A model generated the notes under the pieces. It was not told where the DNA came from. It did no database searches and saw only the letters and a list, made by a program, of their open reading frames with translations. DNA of 51,545 bases, counting the filler, from Sphacelaria rigidula (lineage: Eukaryota), in assembly GCA_964200075.2 (NCBI GenBank). It is 4 parts of 4 records of this genome, joined end to end, with 100 filler letters (N's around TTAATTAATTAA, not from the genome) between each part and the next. Parts side by side here need not be neighbours in the genome. Positions count along the whole stretch, not along the records: positions 38,738 to 51,545 come from CAXNAA020003399.1; 3 more parts are not named here. One strand, written 5' to 3'. The position numbers and the translations under genes were made by a program. This document shows, in pieces, positions 39,243 to 50,849 of this stretch; position 1 is the first letter of the stretch; the number at the start of each line of letters is the position of its first letter.

Positions 39243-41145
39243 CAGCAGTAGAGAGCATAACTCATTTAGTGGCAGGATGTCAACTAACCAAGAAGTAGCG
39301 GGGCGTGCTATGGGGGGGAATGCGGGACTTCAAGGAAGGTAGCATGATATCGTTTGGTGCAGGAGGCAGTAGGGAGAAAACGATGACTGTACTAGGAGAC
39401 AGATGGTGGCCACAGAAGGCGATACAGTACGGGGAGAAGATATGTTGAAGGTTCTTGTGTAACTTATGAAAGAAACGTAATGAGCACCAAAACGCTGGAG
39501 GTGTCCTTATTAGGAGTAGGAACAGTGCTCCGTCTCGAAAGGGATGCGTGGTCACTGGTCAACCGACTAAGGCAAGCAATAAATGAGTACGCCCCCCCCC
39601 TCATGTATGTCAATGGTCATATGGCTATGGCATGCATGATCATGAGTACACCCCCTCCCGGGTGGGCTTAGCTGAGTCCACAGAAAGCCATGCCTGGGCT
39701 GCGGCGTACATGACAAGGTACGAACAGACGTACTAATAAGTGTATAGAGCGGCGATGTCAGGCCATGTAAAAGTACAGACAGGTCGAAAAAAATACAGAG
39801 AAAACAGGAGGCCTCAAGTTACCGCGGTAAAATGTCGGGCCTGGTAGATGGTAACGGCATTTCGACGGTTTACCGCCGTTTTATGGTCTTACAGTGTCCA
39901 CCAAAGTCCTTACTGTGAGTGAAGAAAAAATTACTGTCACGGCGAAAAAATTACCGTGGAAGAAAGATCATCACCACCTGAAACATACCGTGAAACAATC
40001 AAGAGCATATCACATCGGAATTACTGCCATATGGCGTTACCGCTTAAAAAGTACCGCCATGTCGCATTACCATTCGAAAGATACTGCCGGTTGCAGTTAC
40101 CACATGGCCATTAAGCTCGCAGTCAGCGCTGTCTGTCAGCTCAGTGGTTATGTGCACTCTTGGCAAAAGTACATCGCAGGGCCGCTCCGCCGTGCTCCTA
40201 ATGCAACACCCAACCGGCGTTTCCTCCAGGCACCACTTCATCTGTGCACTTGCACCATTCGAATGGCGCAGTAGTCGGGGCCTTGGCCATGAGTGTAAGA
40301 ACAGAGGTTCGACCCCGAGAAATATTCAGGGGGTCATTCATTAACCCCCCCCCCTCCCCCCCGACGAATAAAGTGCAGCGGGAAACAATGAACGATCTGT
40401 TAGACCCACGTCATTTATGTTTTATGCGACTTCAATTTTAGTTCATAAGGCCGTGTCTCATGACATTATTTTTCGGTCGAAAATGTGCGGTGGAAAAGAA
40501 CTCCGATGTGATGAGTCGTTATTTCAACTATCGACACTTATGTTGAAATCACGACCCATCAGATGGGAGTTTTCGTTTTCCACCGAATTGTTCGATCGAG
40601 ATTTCGTTTGCGGAGACACGGCCTAATTCTTCGCGTGTGACCGGAAGACATGAATTGGGAAGGTCAGCCTTTTCGATCGAAAACGTGGCGCGGAAAGGCA
40701 CGAAGGGAAACTTGACTTTCATCTTGAGGACCATCACGCCAGATATCACCTGTTCACCAAACCACGAAAACCCTACGCAGCTATTCTCATCAACCACCGC
40801 AAACCTGCAGCATAGAGCACAAGTTGGGCACAGCGATGGAATTGGCACTATCACCTTCTCCGCATAATGTGCTTCTATTTTTTTGGCAAAGCCTTGAACA
40901 TCTTCTTACGTTGTAGAGGTGAAGGTCAGTATAAAAAACTGGAGAAAAACTTGACTGGTATTTCGCATTTTGTGTAGCGTCTTTCATGAGTGGGTACTAA
41001 AGAGCTGCAGGCAGGTACGATGCATCCCCGGTAAGATCAACTCCCTGTTGTGCGTTTCTCCCCCCCCATGATCTTGCTGTACCTTGATCTTGCTGTACCT
41101 TTGCGCCATCCACAAAATGCACAAAGTAGGGAGAAGGGGTGGTTT

Positions 41146-41248
41146 GCAAGATCATGGGGGGTATACTCATGATCATGCATGTCATGGTCAATGGTATGAC
41201 CCATTGAGTGTGGCATGCATGGTCAGGAGTGTACCCCCGTGATCTTGC
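41146..41248. repeat. ~103-bp hairpin belonging to a dispersed repeat family
   Basis: GCAAGATCATGGGGGGTATACTCATGATCATGCATG vs CATGCATGGTCAGGAGTGTACCCCCGTGATCTTGC; related pieces at ~25375-25430, 38840-38895, 39600-39660. Confidence 0.75.
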
Positions 41249-44200
41249 GAACAGCAGACACCCGGGCAGCACATCTTTAGCGTTCGCGGAAATCTGAGCA
41301 TCACCGCCTCACCGCCGGCACTCCTTCTCCTTACTTTGTGGATGTTGTGGATGGCACCAAGGTAGGGCGGGGCTTTGCCTGTCTGCCCTCGTCCAATAGC
41401 GGAGATTTCGCATATGCTTGTGTTTTTCTCACCCGTGGTTTCAACCCCTTCTCTTTGTCAGGACGGGTCCGGTAGTGTCAGGGATGAGCCCATCTTTCTC
41501 ACGCTACATGTCCTAAAACGTTTTTTTATTATCAAGGATTGGATGGTGACCACTCTCATACGGCGTCGGCCCCCTTTAAGCTTTCTTTGATACTCGCGTG
41601 CTCACGCCTTAAACGACGGGAACCAGAATCTGCTCAAGACGATATAATCTGTTTTATAGGGATTCGAGTCTCCAGCCCCCCGCCTGACCACACTGTTGGT
41701 GTAATTACACCAACGGGACCCGGCGGAATTTGCTGAAATCGAAACTGGAACAAAAACAGGCAAAGGTTGTTCTGGACTTTCATCGTCAATATTCCGCACC
41801 CACCCCCTCCCCCTTTTCTTCTTTCTCACTCTACCTCTTTTCGAGCTTCTGCACGTGACCAGAGCTACCGTTCACTAGTGGAAGGCTAGCCAACTAGGGA
41901 AGATTCCGGCTTCCCTGGTCTGTCCACGCTTCCTAGCCTTGGCTGATACATAATGTTAACGTTCGCAATATTGTAGGTTTACAACATGTACGCATCCTGA
42001 GGTCAGACTGATTCGTAGTACTTTCGAGCCTGTTTTTCTACTCTCATTTGACGCTATTCTAAAGAAGAGGGGGGGGGGCGGGGGGGCGGGGGGCGGGGAG
42101 CAATTTTCTTCGTTTCTATGCCAGTTTCGGATTTTCGAACAGCGGCAGAGGCCTGATGGGAGCAAAATACCCAGAGTTCGTCGCCTCGAAAAGTCGGCCA
42201 TGCCGGCGCTGTTGCATATGCTAGACCTAAAAATGCCAACATATGGGGTTGTACGAATCACACGTAAGAAGATATGTGGCAGCCCAGGATCGATTATCGC
42301 TTGCTTTGTGTTGCGCTGTATCACTCCACGCACGCGATATCCATGCAACGGCGTGGAGGGTTGCATACGAGCCCCAAATTCTTGCACAGGCCACTAACAC
42401 GGACAACCCTCGTCGAGTCCTTCGTTGTCGCAGTCATGCTGAGCTTGCCAGAAGGCTAAAACGAAGGGTGTGTGTTGGGGGAGGGACAAACACAAGCGTT
42501 GGCAGCAACGGCTGGTGTGCCATCGGTGGCAGGAAAGGGAAGGTTGGCAGTGGTGGCACAAACATCCGTGTCTATCATTGTGGTGTGTTGCATTTTTCCT
42601 CACGGGCAGCTTCTCGCCCCTGCCATAGGTTTTAGCTCCAAGTGTTGTAGTCCGTCGCTGCACTGGTACATTTTCACACGTCGGAAAGATCAGCTCGTGA
42701 CAGATCCGGGTCAGGTCATTAGGGGCATATATCGTGATCTGTCTGCGGTGTGTGCTGTCACCCGTGGACGTTTTGTTCGGTGGTGATCTGTTGGGCCCGC
42801 TTGACCCGTACATACTTGCCGACCGACCATCTGTAGGGCCCGCTTCACATACTCTCGTTCGAGCACAACTGATCTGCAAAAGTGCGTCATCTGTACAGCA
42901 TCACATAGCTGTCAGTTATATAGCTTGGCTCAGACGAACGCAGCAGCTTGTCGTCGACCCGCGCGATTTGAATTTCATGCATACCAAAAGCTACCCCCTA
43001 TCTGTGGAATCCGAATCTAGTGTACGAGAAACCCACTCCCGCACCCGTAAGATCCGGATCAAGTATGCAAGAAGACAGTGTTCAGCTGCCTCACCTGTTG
43101 ACGTGTATGGCCCGAGTACAATGCATGTTCACAAGCCCGTAGGTTGACTGTAGCAGCCGGTATATGGAACATGAGTACGAATATGTATATTTATGAAAAG
43201 TCCTTCCACAGTAGGGGTGCACATTTTTTTCTGAGGCTGTGCACTGTCGCAGCATCCCTTGCAAGTATGCAAAAAAATAGTTTTCAGTATTCCTCTCAAC
43301 TGCTAGCCTTTATCGACCGGGTACACGGTGCATGCTCACAAGTCCGTAGGTTGTAGGTTGACTGTAGTAGCCCTGTTCACTTTGAATAGGGCTCCCCACG
43401 TGGTCCCCCACCGAAGCACTCGCCTGGCCCGACGCTCAACTTTCGCATGTGGCAAACTTCTGACATGTTGCGATAAGGGTCCTGAAGTTATTCCGAGTGA
43501 TACCACGCGCACATTGTTTTCCGAAGCTGTGCACTCACAAAAACTTCATACCTCAAAACGCCCAACGTTTTGCTGATTGCAACACCACTCAGTCCACACC
43601 CAAATGAGAACTACAGCAGCGGCCTTTGAGCAGTAGTATTGACTACCGTCAGAGACTCTTGTGTGCAACAATGCCAGCAATAACACGAGGCCAGCCCAAT
43701 GTACTTGTAATCGGACTTCTTCGCTCCGGTAGCAGTGGCAGTAGTGGTGAGTAATAGTGGCTGTGATTTGCGTTGATGACACATACATACCTTTATTTGT
43801 GCCAGCGGCAGTGAGGACGACGGCTCTCGTATTTCCTCGTTCAGGCTGCACACTCATGCGCGGTAGGAAAGGGAAGAAGGAAGATCCAGCTATGTGCTCA
43901 TTTGACTCGTAGCATAGCACAAATAGTGACAAATAGTTCGGCCAGCGTCTGACAAAAAGTTCAAGAGCGTGTACATTGCCGGCTTCGATAAAGCACAGGT
44001 ACCTCCCGTAAGCGTGCTCGACGATCAGCCGTATGACCTTTACGATCTGCGAATGATCTGTATCCGCATGACCCATTTCACCTACACACATTCCTCGTGT
44101 GGTGGACCTGTAGAACCCGGTTGCTCTGCACACATTGCATAATGAATGGTCTGTTTGACCCGTGTGATTCGTAAAAGTCCTCCTGATGGTGATCTGTATG

Positions 44201-44325
44201 ACCCGAGTATTCATACAAGCCTGCCATAGATGATTTGTGTACTCTCTTTATCCTTGAGCACACCCACGTAATCCGAATCAGGTATACTCGAAACGTCAAC
44301 AACCTGTGTGTCCCCATAACTTGTA

Positions 44326-44886
44326 TTTCCTCTGTTCGGAAATACAGGCTCTCTCAGAGAAAAAGAGGCATAACTTTGGCCCAAATGCGAAGTTTTTGGT
44401 GCTTTTTGTTTTGTTGTTTTCGTGACGACCTGAAGAACACCCCCAAACCGAGGTCTTTGGTCAGTCCACAGTACAACACCACCTATGCCCTCGGTGACCA
44501 CAGAGTCCCTGACCGAAGAGAGGGAAAACCACCGGTTGGAGGCCTTCCCCCTATATTTTTTCAATCGTCTTATTTGGCGGAATTCGTGCTGATTCGGCGG
44601 AGCTCGTAGAACCACTTTTTTTGTGGTTCGGCCAAACAACAGCACACGAGCAACGCCGGCAACCAGCTCATTCTGGGGGGTGTTATCTTGCGTGGGTGTT
44701 TTTTTTTTTCAGGGGGCAATATCACGTTATCCCCTGCTTCTTTTTCTTTTTTGCCCATGGTACAAATGATGTGAGGAACTCATACCGGTGGTGGCCTGAT
44801 CAAGAACCGCGTTATTCGCATACTTCCTGAAGCGACCTTATATTCTCGATATTTCTGAGAGAGCCTATATTTCCGAACAGAGAAAG
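44326..44886. mobile_element. Tc1/mariner-type (Stowaway-like) MITE, 561 bp, TA TSD
   Basis: TIR TTTCCTCTGTTCGGAAATACAGGCTCTCTCAGA vs TCTGAGAGAGCCTATATTTCCGAACAGAGAAAG; TA at 44324-44325 and 44887-44888. Confidence 0.8.
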
Positions 44887-45186
44887 TACAAAATGTCTCT
44901 CTCGTGATCGAGTTGCTCCGTCTCGAAAGGGATGCGTGGTCAATGGTCGAACGACTGCGAAAGACAAGCAACAAATTTGTACGCTCGCCCCCTCGTGATC
45001 GAGGATACTCGGAACACGAGTACCGTTCCATAAGTAGTTTAACTGGGTCATTCGAATCGTGTACACAAATGTGTTGACACATCTGGGTCCCAAAAAAATA
45101 ATGTGTCCGACGTGCGCACACCTTGCTTCGCGTCCCCGTTCAATGTCGTACGTGTCATGTGGGTGGGGTATGAGTAGGAATTACAG

Positions 45187-45536
45187 GAAGGTGTACACGG
45201 GCCGGTGAAGGCGTACGGTGCAGCGACAATCAATTTCTTCCAAGGTACCGCTCTGTACTCGGAGACGTCGATCTTGATCGAAAGCTCGCCGCCCGTGCGC
45301 CCTGAGGACGAGGCTATTTTCGTGGAGGACATTTTACTCGACGAGACACAGGGACGGGCTGTTGGTAGCTGGGGTGACTGGTCGAAAACATGTCCTCAAA
45401 GAAAATAGCCTCGTCGTCTGGGCGCACGGGGGATGAATTTTCGATGAAGGTCGGCTTTTCCAAGGACACAGCGACAGCTCGGAAGATATTGATCGTCGCT
45501 GTACTGGACGCCCTCACCGATCCGTGTACCAGTCAC
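45187..45536. repeat. Convergent pair of paralogous exon-like coding modules forming a diverged inverted repeat
   Basis: Arms 45193-45339 and 45381-45529. The + arm encodes VHGPVKAYGAATINFFQGTALYSETSILIESSPPVRPEDEAIFVED; the - arm encodes VHGSVRASSTATINIFRAVAVSLEKPTFIENSSPVRPDDEAIFFED. Each is preceded by CAG. Confidence 0.85.
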
Positions 45537-48500
45537 CTGAGCGACCGCCAACTCGTCCAACTCAGCCTCGAGCGGCTTGACAAAGCTGAGCTCCTGCCCG
45601 CCGACGGAATTCTGGGTACGGCCGACATTACCACCAGCTTTTCGACATCGCCATCACCACCGCCACCGCTGAGCAACAGTTGCATTGCAGTACAATAGAA
45701 GACAAGCTAGCTTATTGGCGCACTACAGGTGTTGAGAAGCAATGCGGCGGCGATCGCGACTTGCGACGACCTGGCTGCAAGCTACGCAGCCACCCAAGAC
45801 CAAGATTCTCCGCTGGTGACCATGCAAGGCATCACTACTTGCGCGGACAACAAGGTGGAGTCACTATTTGTGCTATGCTACGAGTCACGGTAGGAACGCC
45901 TGATACTGTTGTCCCGAGGTGTCGGTTTCTGTTGTGGTAGTGTAGAATGCAGGGTACACAGAGTCACTACTGGGGAGTCTACGCTTAGTATTATCGCGTG
46001 CTATCGTGTCCGGTGTCTGTGTTGGGCGCGAGGAAAGGAGAACGTACGGAACAGATGACCTCAGCTGTCAGGGGAAAGCACTCGCAGCACGGGAGGAAGT
46101 CCTTTTGCGTAATCAGTGCTCGCGTGTGGAGCGTGACCGCCGTAAATATCTGAAATCGGTAGATATTGCTGAGTGTCGTGAATATCTGTATCGTAACACT
46201 CACTTTTCCACCCCCGACGCGTCATCCCTTGCGTGTTCCGTCATTCGCACCTCGCACAATTATGAATCCAAGGTAATCCACATCGTAAGGGACGGGGTCG
46301 TGCATCTCATCGCCGGCCATGGCATATTCGATAACGTCCACTTGGTCAAAGGAGAAGGAAAAATTATGCCAGTCATGGTCCAGAGAGCCAAACTGGACAG
46401 TACTCAGGTGAGGTTGCCCTCTTCCCGTGCTCTGTCGACAGCTACCTACTTGAGCGCTAAATCGCAAGGAGGAGTTCACCCACAGAGCTCGGACGCAAAA
46501 ACGATCTTGAGGACGGATCAAAAGAAGACACCTTGAAATATTGATGCATAGGGTTCGGAGATATCCGTCGAAGAGTCATACTTGTCCACGACTAGGGGCT
46601 ACGGGCTCTCGTCTCTCTCATTGTCCACGTAACATACAAGGCGGAACGAAGGGAATGGACGCGCAGATTCGGCCGAGAAAGCAAATAGGTAGGGGAAACA
46701 AATGCTCGAGTTGTGTGCACAACAGATCTGGTTCTCCACGGAATATGCACAGCATTTTTGCCGTCTCTTTGCCTAGTATCCAGAACCATCCGATAAATTC
46801 TAGCGCCTGCCAACGATTGGAATACGTCAGATGCACCGAAAACGCTTGAAGAAAGTACCACTGCTTTACTACAGAGTTCACGTACAATTGAACGAAATGT
46901 TCGTCAAAGCATGACTCTTTGCTTTTTTTTGTCGCGTGCTCTTTGCATTTGGTCCCTGTTCTTTGTGAGTTTATTTCGAGTCACCGCTTGTCACATGCGT
47001 CTCAGTATTATAAGTGAAAGCGGGGTATTCCGTACGTTTTCTGTAAAAGGTCCGCCTCTTTCATGGAACACCTGGGGGAATAGGAACTCACATTTTGTCG
47101 TTGATAATACCTGTCGGCACAGTCATTTTCCGCCATATGTTGTTTCGTGGGTCTTGATTGATCATTGGAGAGAAAACGGATAGTCTTCTTGCCCTTCTCT
47201 TCTTCGATGTTGGGTTGGTTCATTTGACTGAATTTCCGACGAAAAGCCCGTCCTCATCGCCGGAAAAAGAGTGGAAAACTAAGCAAGCCACTCTTCAGTC
47301 AAGGCCTTCGAATGGTCTAATCGCGTCTCTCTTCGAAGCCCAGTTGCTTGGAAACCCAATACGATATCGGAGACGTTACCCTAAAATATTTGTTCTGAGC
47401 ACAAGTTTAGAACGATGACGGGTTGGGTGCCGAAACAGACTTTTATCCTAGTGTCGGCAAGGCACATGCCAAAGGTTCAGGGTAATTTAGCAAGAGCTCG
47501 GTCGTGCCGGTTTTTCGTTTGAATCTGTCTCCCGACTGCCGCCACCATACCATATCGCATGTGACGGCGTTTCTTGAAATGATGAAACAAAATGCCCGAG
47601 AAGGGTGATCAGACTGCGCGACAAACTCCGTGGCGGGTTGCACGGTAGCAGGGAGTCTGGTGAGACAGCCTGTATTGTTAGAAGTCGATGCCAATTTACT
47701 TTCCGGCTATTTTTCATCTGAGTTTATCACATTATTCCTATTTTTTAGCGAAATGTGACTTGGTTCTGCTTTTGGTGACCACCGCAGTTGCATCAAGGCA
47801 TGTCTGTAACAAACGTTCCTATTTGCAGCAGATTTTGCAGCATTCCTTGAAGAACAATCTCGTCCCACACTGCATTTCATGAAGATAATATCACGCACAG
47901 CAGCAACGAAGGGAGTTGGAGGACGCATGTAAACAACTCACGTTCAGAAAAATATGGCTCTGGTGAAGAGCCATGTATGTCATTTTCTCCGCCGTGTCGC
48001 TGCCTTCACCAGCACCTTTTGAGGTGTTCCAGGAGATATTTTTTTCATATCTTGGTGGAAAAAGTCTGCTCATTTGTCGATTTCTCGGGGGGCAGGGGGG
48101 GGGGGGGGGATTGAGGGGAGGGATTCCGTCTGTCGGCGATGTATGTGCACGGAGAACCAAGGCTAGTGTACTATTACAGTAGCTTGTGTGCGTGTGCCTC
48201 CAGATAGCTCACGTCTACCTCACTCCCCTTTATACTCTTGTCATCTTGTCTCCCCGTGTCCCGCCCCGATTTCAGGAACCTTGCGCCCCCATCTCCGAGG
48301 TCCGCGGACTGGTGCACTTGAATGCTCGCCGGATCTCTCCCCTTATGTTGACGACTGGAAGGTGATGTTTGTAACTCGGCATGCTTTTTTGTTCCGACTG
48401 CTAGTCTACTGCATAGGTCGCTGTAGCGTGCGACGATTTCCTGTCCCGTATGGACCGCTTAGGAGGCCGTGTGCTCACTGCTGTTGTTAGTTGCGATCTC

Positions 48501-48913
48501 CTCTGGAACAATGTGTATACGTGTGGATGCCCTCTCCTTTTCCATCTCAAAGTGCTGCTCCTTGATGTGAATATCACTGCTCACATGTTTTTTTACAGCT
48601 GCTGCTAGTGGTAGCGGCGGTGGTGATGAAGTCGTTGCTGATGTTGGTGTAGTACTGGATGGTACCCTGGCCCAGGGAGTTGAGTGGTTGAGCTCGTGTC
48701 TTGCCCTCACGGAGCCTTGTTCCTGGCAAAGCGTTGTGCACGACTGTACTGTACACTGTACATCATGATCCCCCAAGAAGTATTTCATGCGTTACTCGTG
48801 GCTTGGCGTCGCCCACACAATGCTGGACGTTGTCCTTGCTACACTCTCCTTCCTTGCTTTTTTCGCGTCGTTGCTCGCTGATGCTTACTTGGCGTTTTTG
48901 CATGAAACATCAG

Positions 48914-50220
48914 GAGGACAGGCAAGGGCTGGTAAGTTTGAGCGATTCGGCCATGACAATTGTCGCTGCTGGCCACTTTGGTTACACCGACACAAAGGTT
49001 CTGCTAGAGGGAGAGTTGTCTCTGTACGACGCCACCGGGTCTACGGCTGAAAATGATTCCAACTCTGCGGAGTCCGCCGGGAGCAATGGTGCTCTTCCTG
49101 TCGAGCACGACGCCGACCGGGCCGACTTCACTACCGCCGATCTGTCGCTCGATGCCCGCGGCAGTCCATCCTCACTCACAGACGCAGCCGTTACCTCCTC
49201 CACTACGGACATGCCATCAGCCCACACGCCATTGCTGTTCGAGGCAGGAAACGACGTGAGCTCTTTCACGAACAAGTACGAGGACCATTATGAACGCCTT
49301 GGTGAGAACAATGGTGGTGATTCCTCTGTAGATGTGTCCCCACCACTGCTCTCGCCTACGGGAGAAAAAGATGGTGATGCTTCCACAGACATTTCCGAGG
49401 ATGAGCCCTTCTCTGAGGATGTCACAAAATGGCTTCACAACTCGCCGCCGGGACTGTCGTCGTCTCCACAGCTCCCCCGAGGAGTAAAGGAAGCTGACAT
49501 GTAGACTGGTCGCTCAGACGATGGCGGAGCTTCGTGCATGGGCTTGACCACACCCACTGTTGTGCCTGCCGCCGCTGTCGCCCACTTTGTGCAGGCTGAC
49601 ATCGGAAGCCTGGAGCTGGTTCAATCCGATGACGATTTCGAGGGTACAGTCACCGATGGATCTGCGGCGGACGACGTTTCCTCGGTGGACTCGGTAAATC
49701 TTGAGTGGAATGACATGGCCGCCCAACTCGAAAACATAAGGTAGTATTCGGCGTAACTTCTCCAACAAGCGTCCGTGCGAAGCAGGGAGAAGATGCCGGT
49801 ACCATGAACTCCTAAGGAATACGGCGCCGACAGCGATTCGAGGGAACTGTCACCCCTGCCCCCCTCAGGCCGGCTGCTGCGGTTTTCGGGGGTGGGGTCG
49901 ATTAAGGCCGACGTGGCCTCGTTGAAAGTAGGCCAGTCTATCAAGCTGCCCGAGAGGCTTGTGTCCCTGGAAGATGGAGCAGCGATCAGTTTGGGCTCTG
50001 ATGGTTCCATCATGTCATCGAAGATATTTCAGGCCTCGGCAACCCCTGCAGAGTCGGCCCGTCAGGAAGAGATTCACATTGACGGCCCTGGGCAAGAGGG
50101 TGCGAAACGCGACATGAGCGAGTTTTTGGTCCACTCCATGTGGCGGAAGGTGTCCGGAGTGTTGGAGAACAGGGATTACGCCTGAGATATGGCAGAGAAT
50201 TTGATCGAAAGCACGAACAA
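48914..50220 (+). pseudogene. Long S/D/E-rich exon of unknown protein with multiple in-frame stops
   Basis: ORFs 48701-49504, 49538-49744, 49892-50185 and 50189- share one frame, separated only by point stops. Candidate acceptor CATCAG|GAG at 48914. Confidence 0.65.
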
Positions 50221-50462
50221 CACCTCGTCCGTGCGTTCGATCAGATTCTCTGCCGTACCCCGGGCGTATTCCCTGTTCTCCAACACTCCGGACACCTTCC
50301 GCCACTTGGAGTGGACCAAAAACTCGCTCATGTCGCATTTCGCATCCTCTTGCCCAGGGCCGTCAATGTGAACCTCTTCCTGGCGGACCGACTCTGCGGG
50401 GGTTGCCGAGGCCTGCAATATCTTCGATGACATTATGGAACCATCAGGGCCCAAACTCATCG
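49983..50462. repeat. ~480-bp inverted duplication of coding sequence (about 90% identical arms, loop under 10 nt)
   Basis: About 20 mismatches in ~238 paired positions counted by eye, no indels seen, centre ~50222. A third more diverged unit continues at ~50490-50630. Confidence 0.95.
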
Positions 50463-50849
50463 GCTTCGCCGTCTGCTCCGTCGACACTTTGTCCGTACGT
50501 TCGATCAAAGCCTCTTCAGTACACCGGGAGTTATTTCTCCTTCGAAACTCCGGAAACCTTCCGCCACTTGGAGTAGACCATAAACTCTCTTATATCGTGC
50601 TCTCTTGCCCAGCGCCGTCAATGGGAATCTATGGGCATCACATTTAAGGCTGTAATCGTGAGTTGAGAGCGGGGCTTCCCGTTCGTGGAAACACCATCAA
50701 TCTTTAATTCCGTCTGTGCACAAAGTGTGCTATACCTACCGTTCGACGTTTTTCAGTCAACTCACTGCTGCTGGTTGCCGTCTTGTTGCGTCGCATAGTC
50801 GCAGGACTTCGCAGTAAGGACTGTGTGTACTCGATACTTTTCATAAGGT

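Noticed and set aside
47830..47880. TnpB/Fanzor C-terminus (KCSVGRDCSSRNAAKS)
   Set aside because: No CxxC pair, no RuvC-I or II motifs and wrong spacing for RDxNAAxNI
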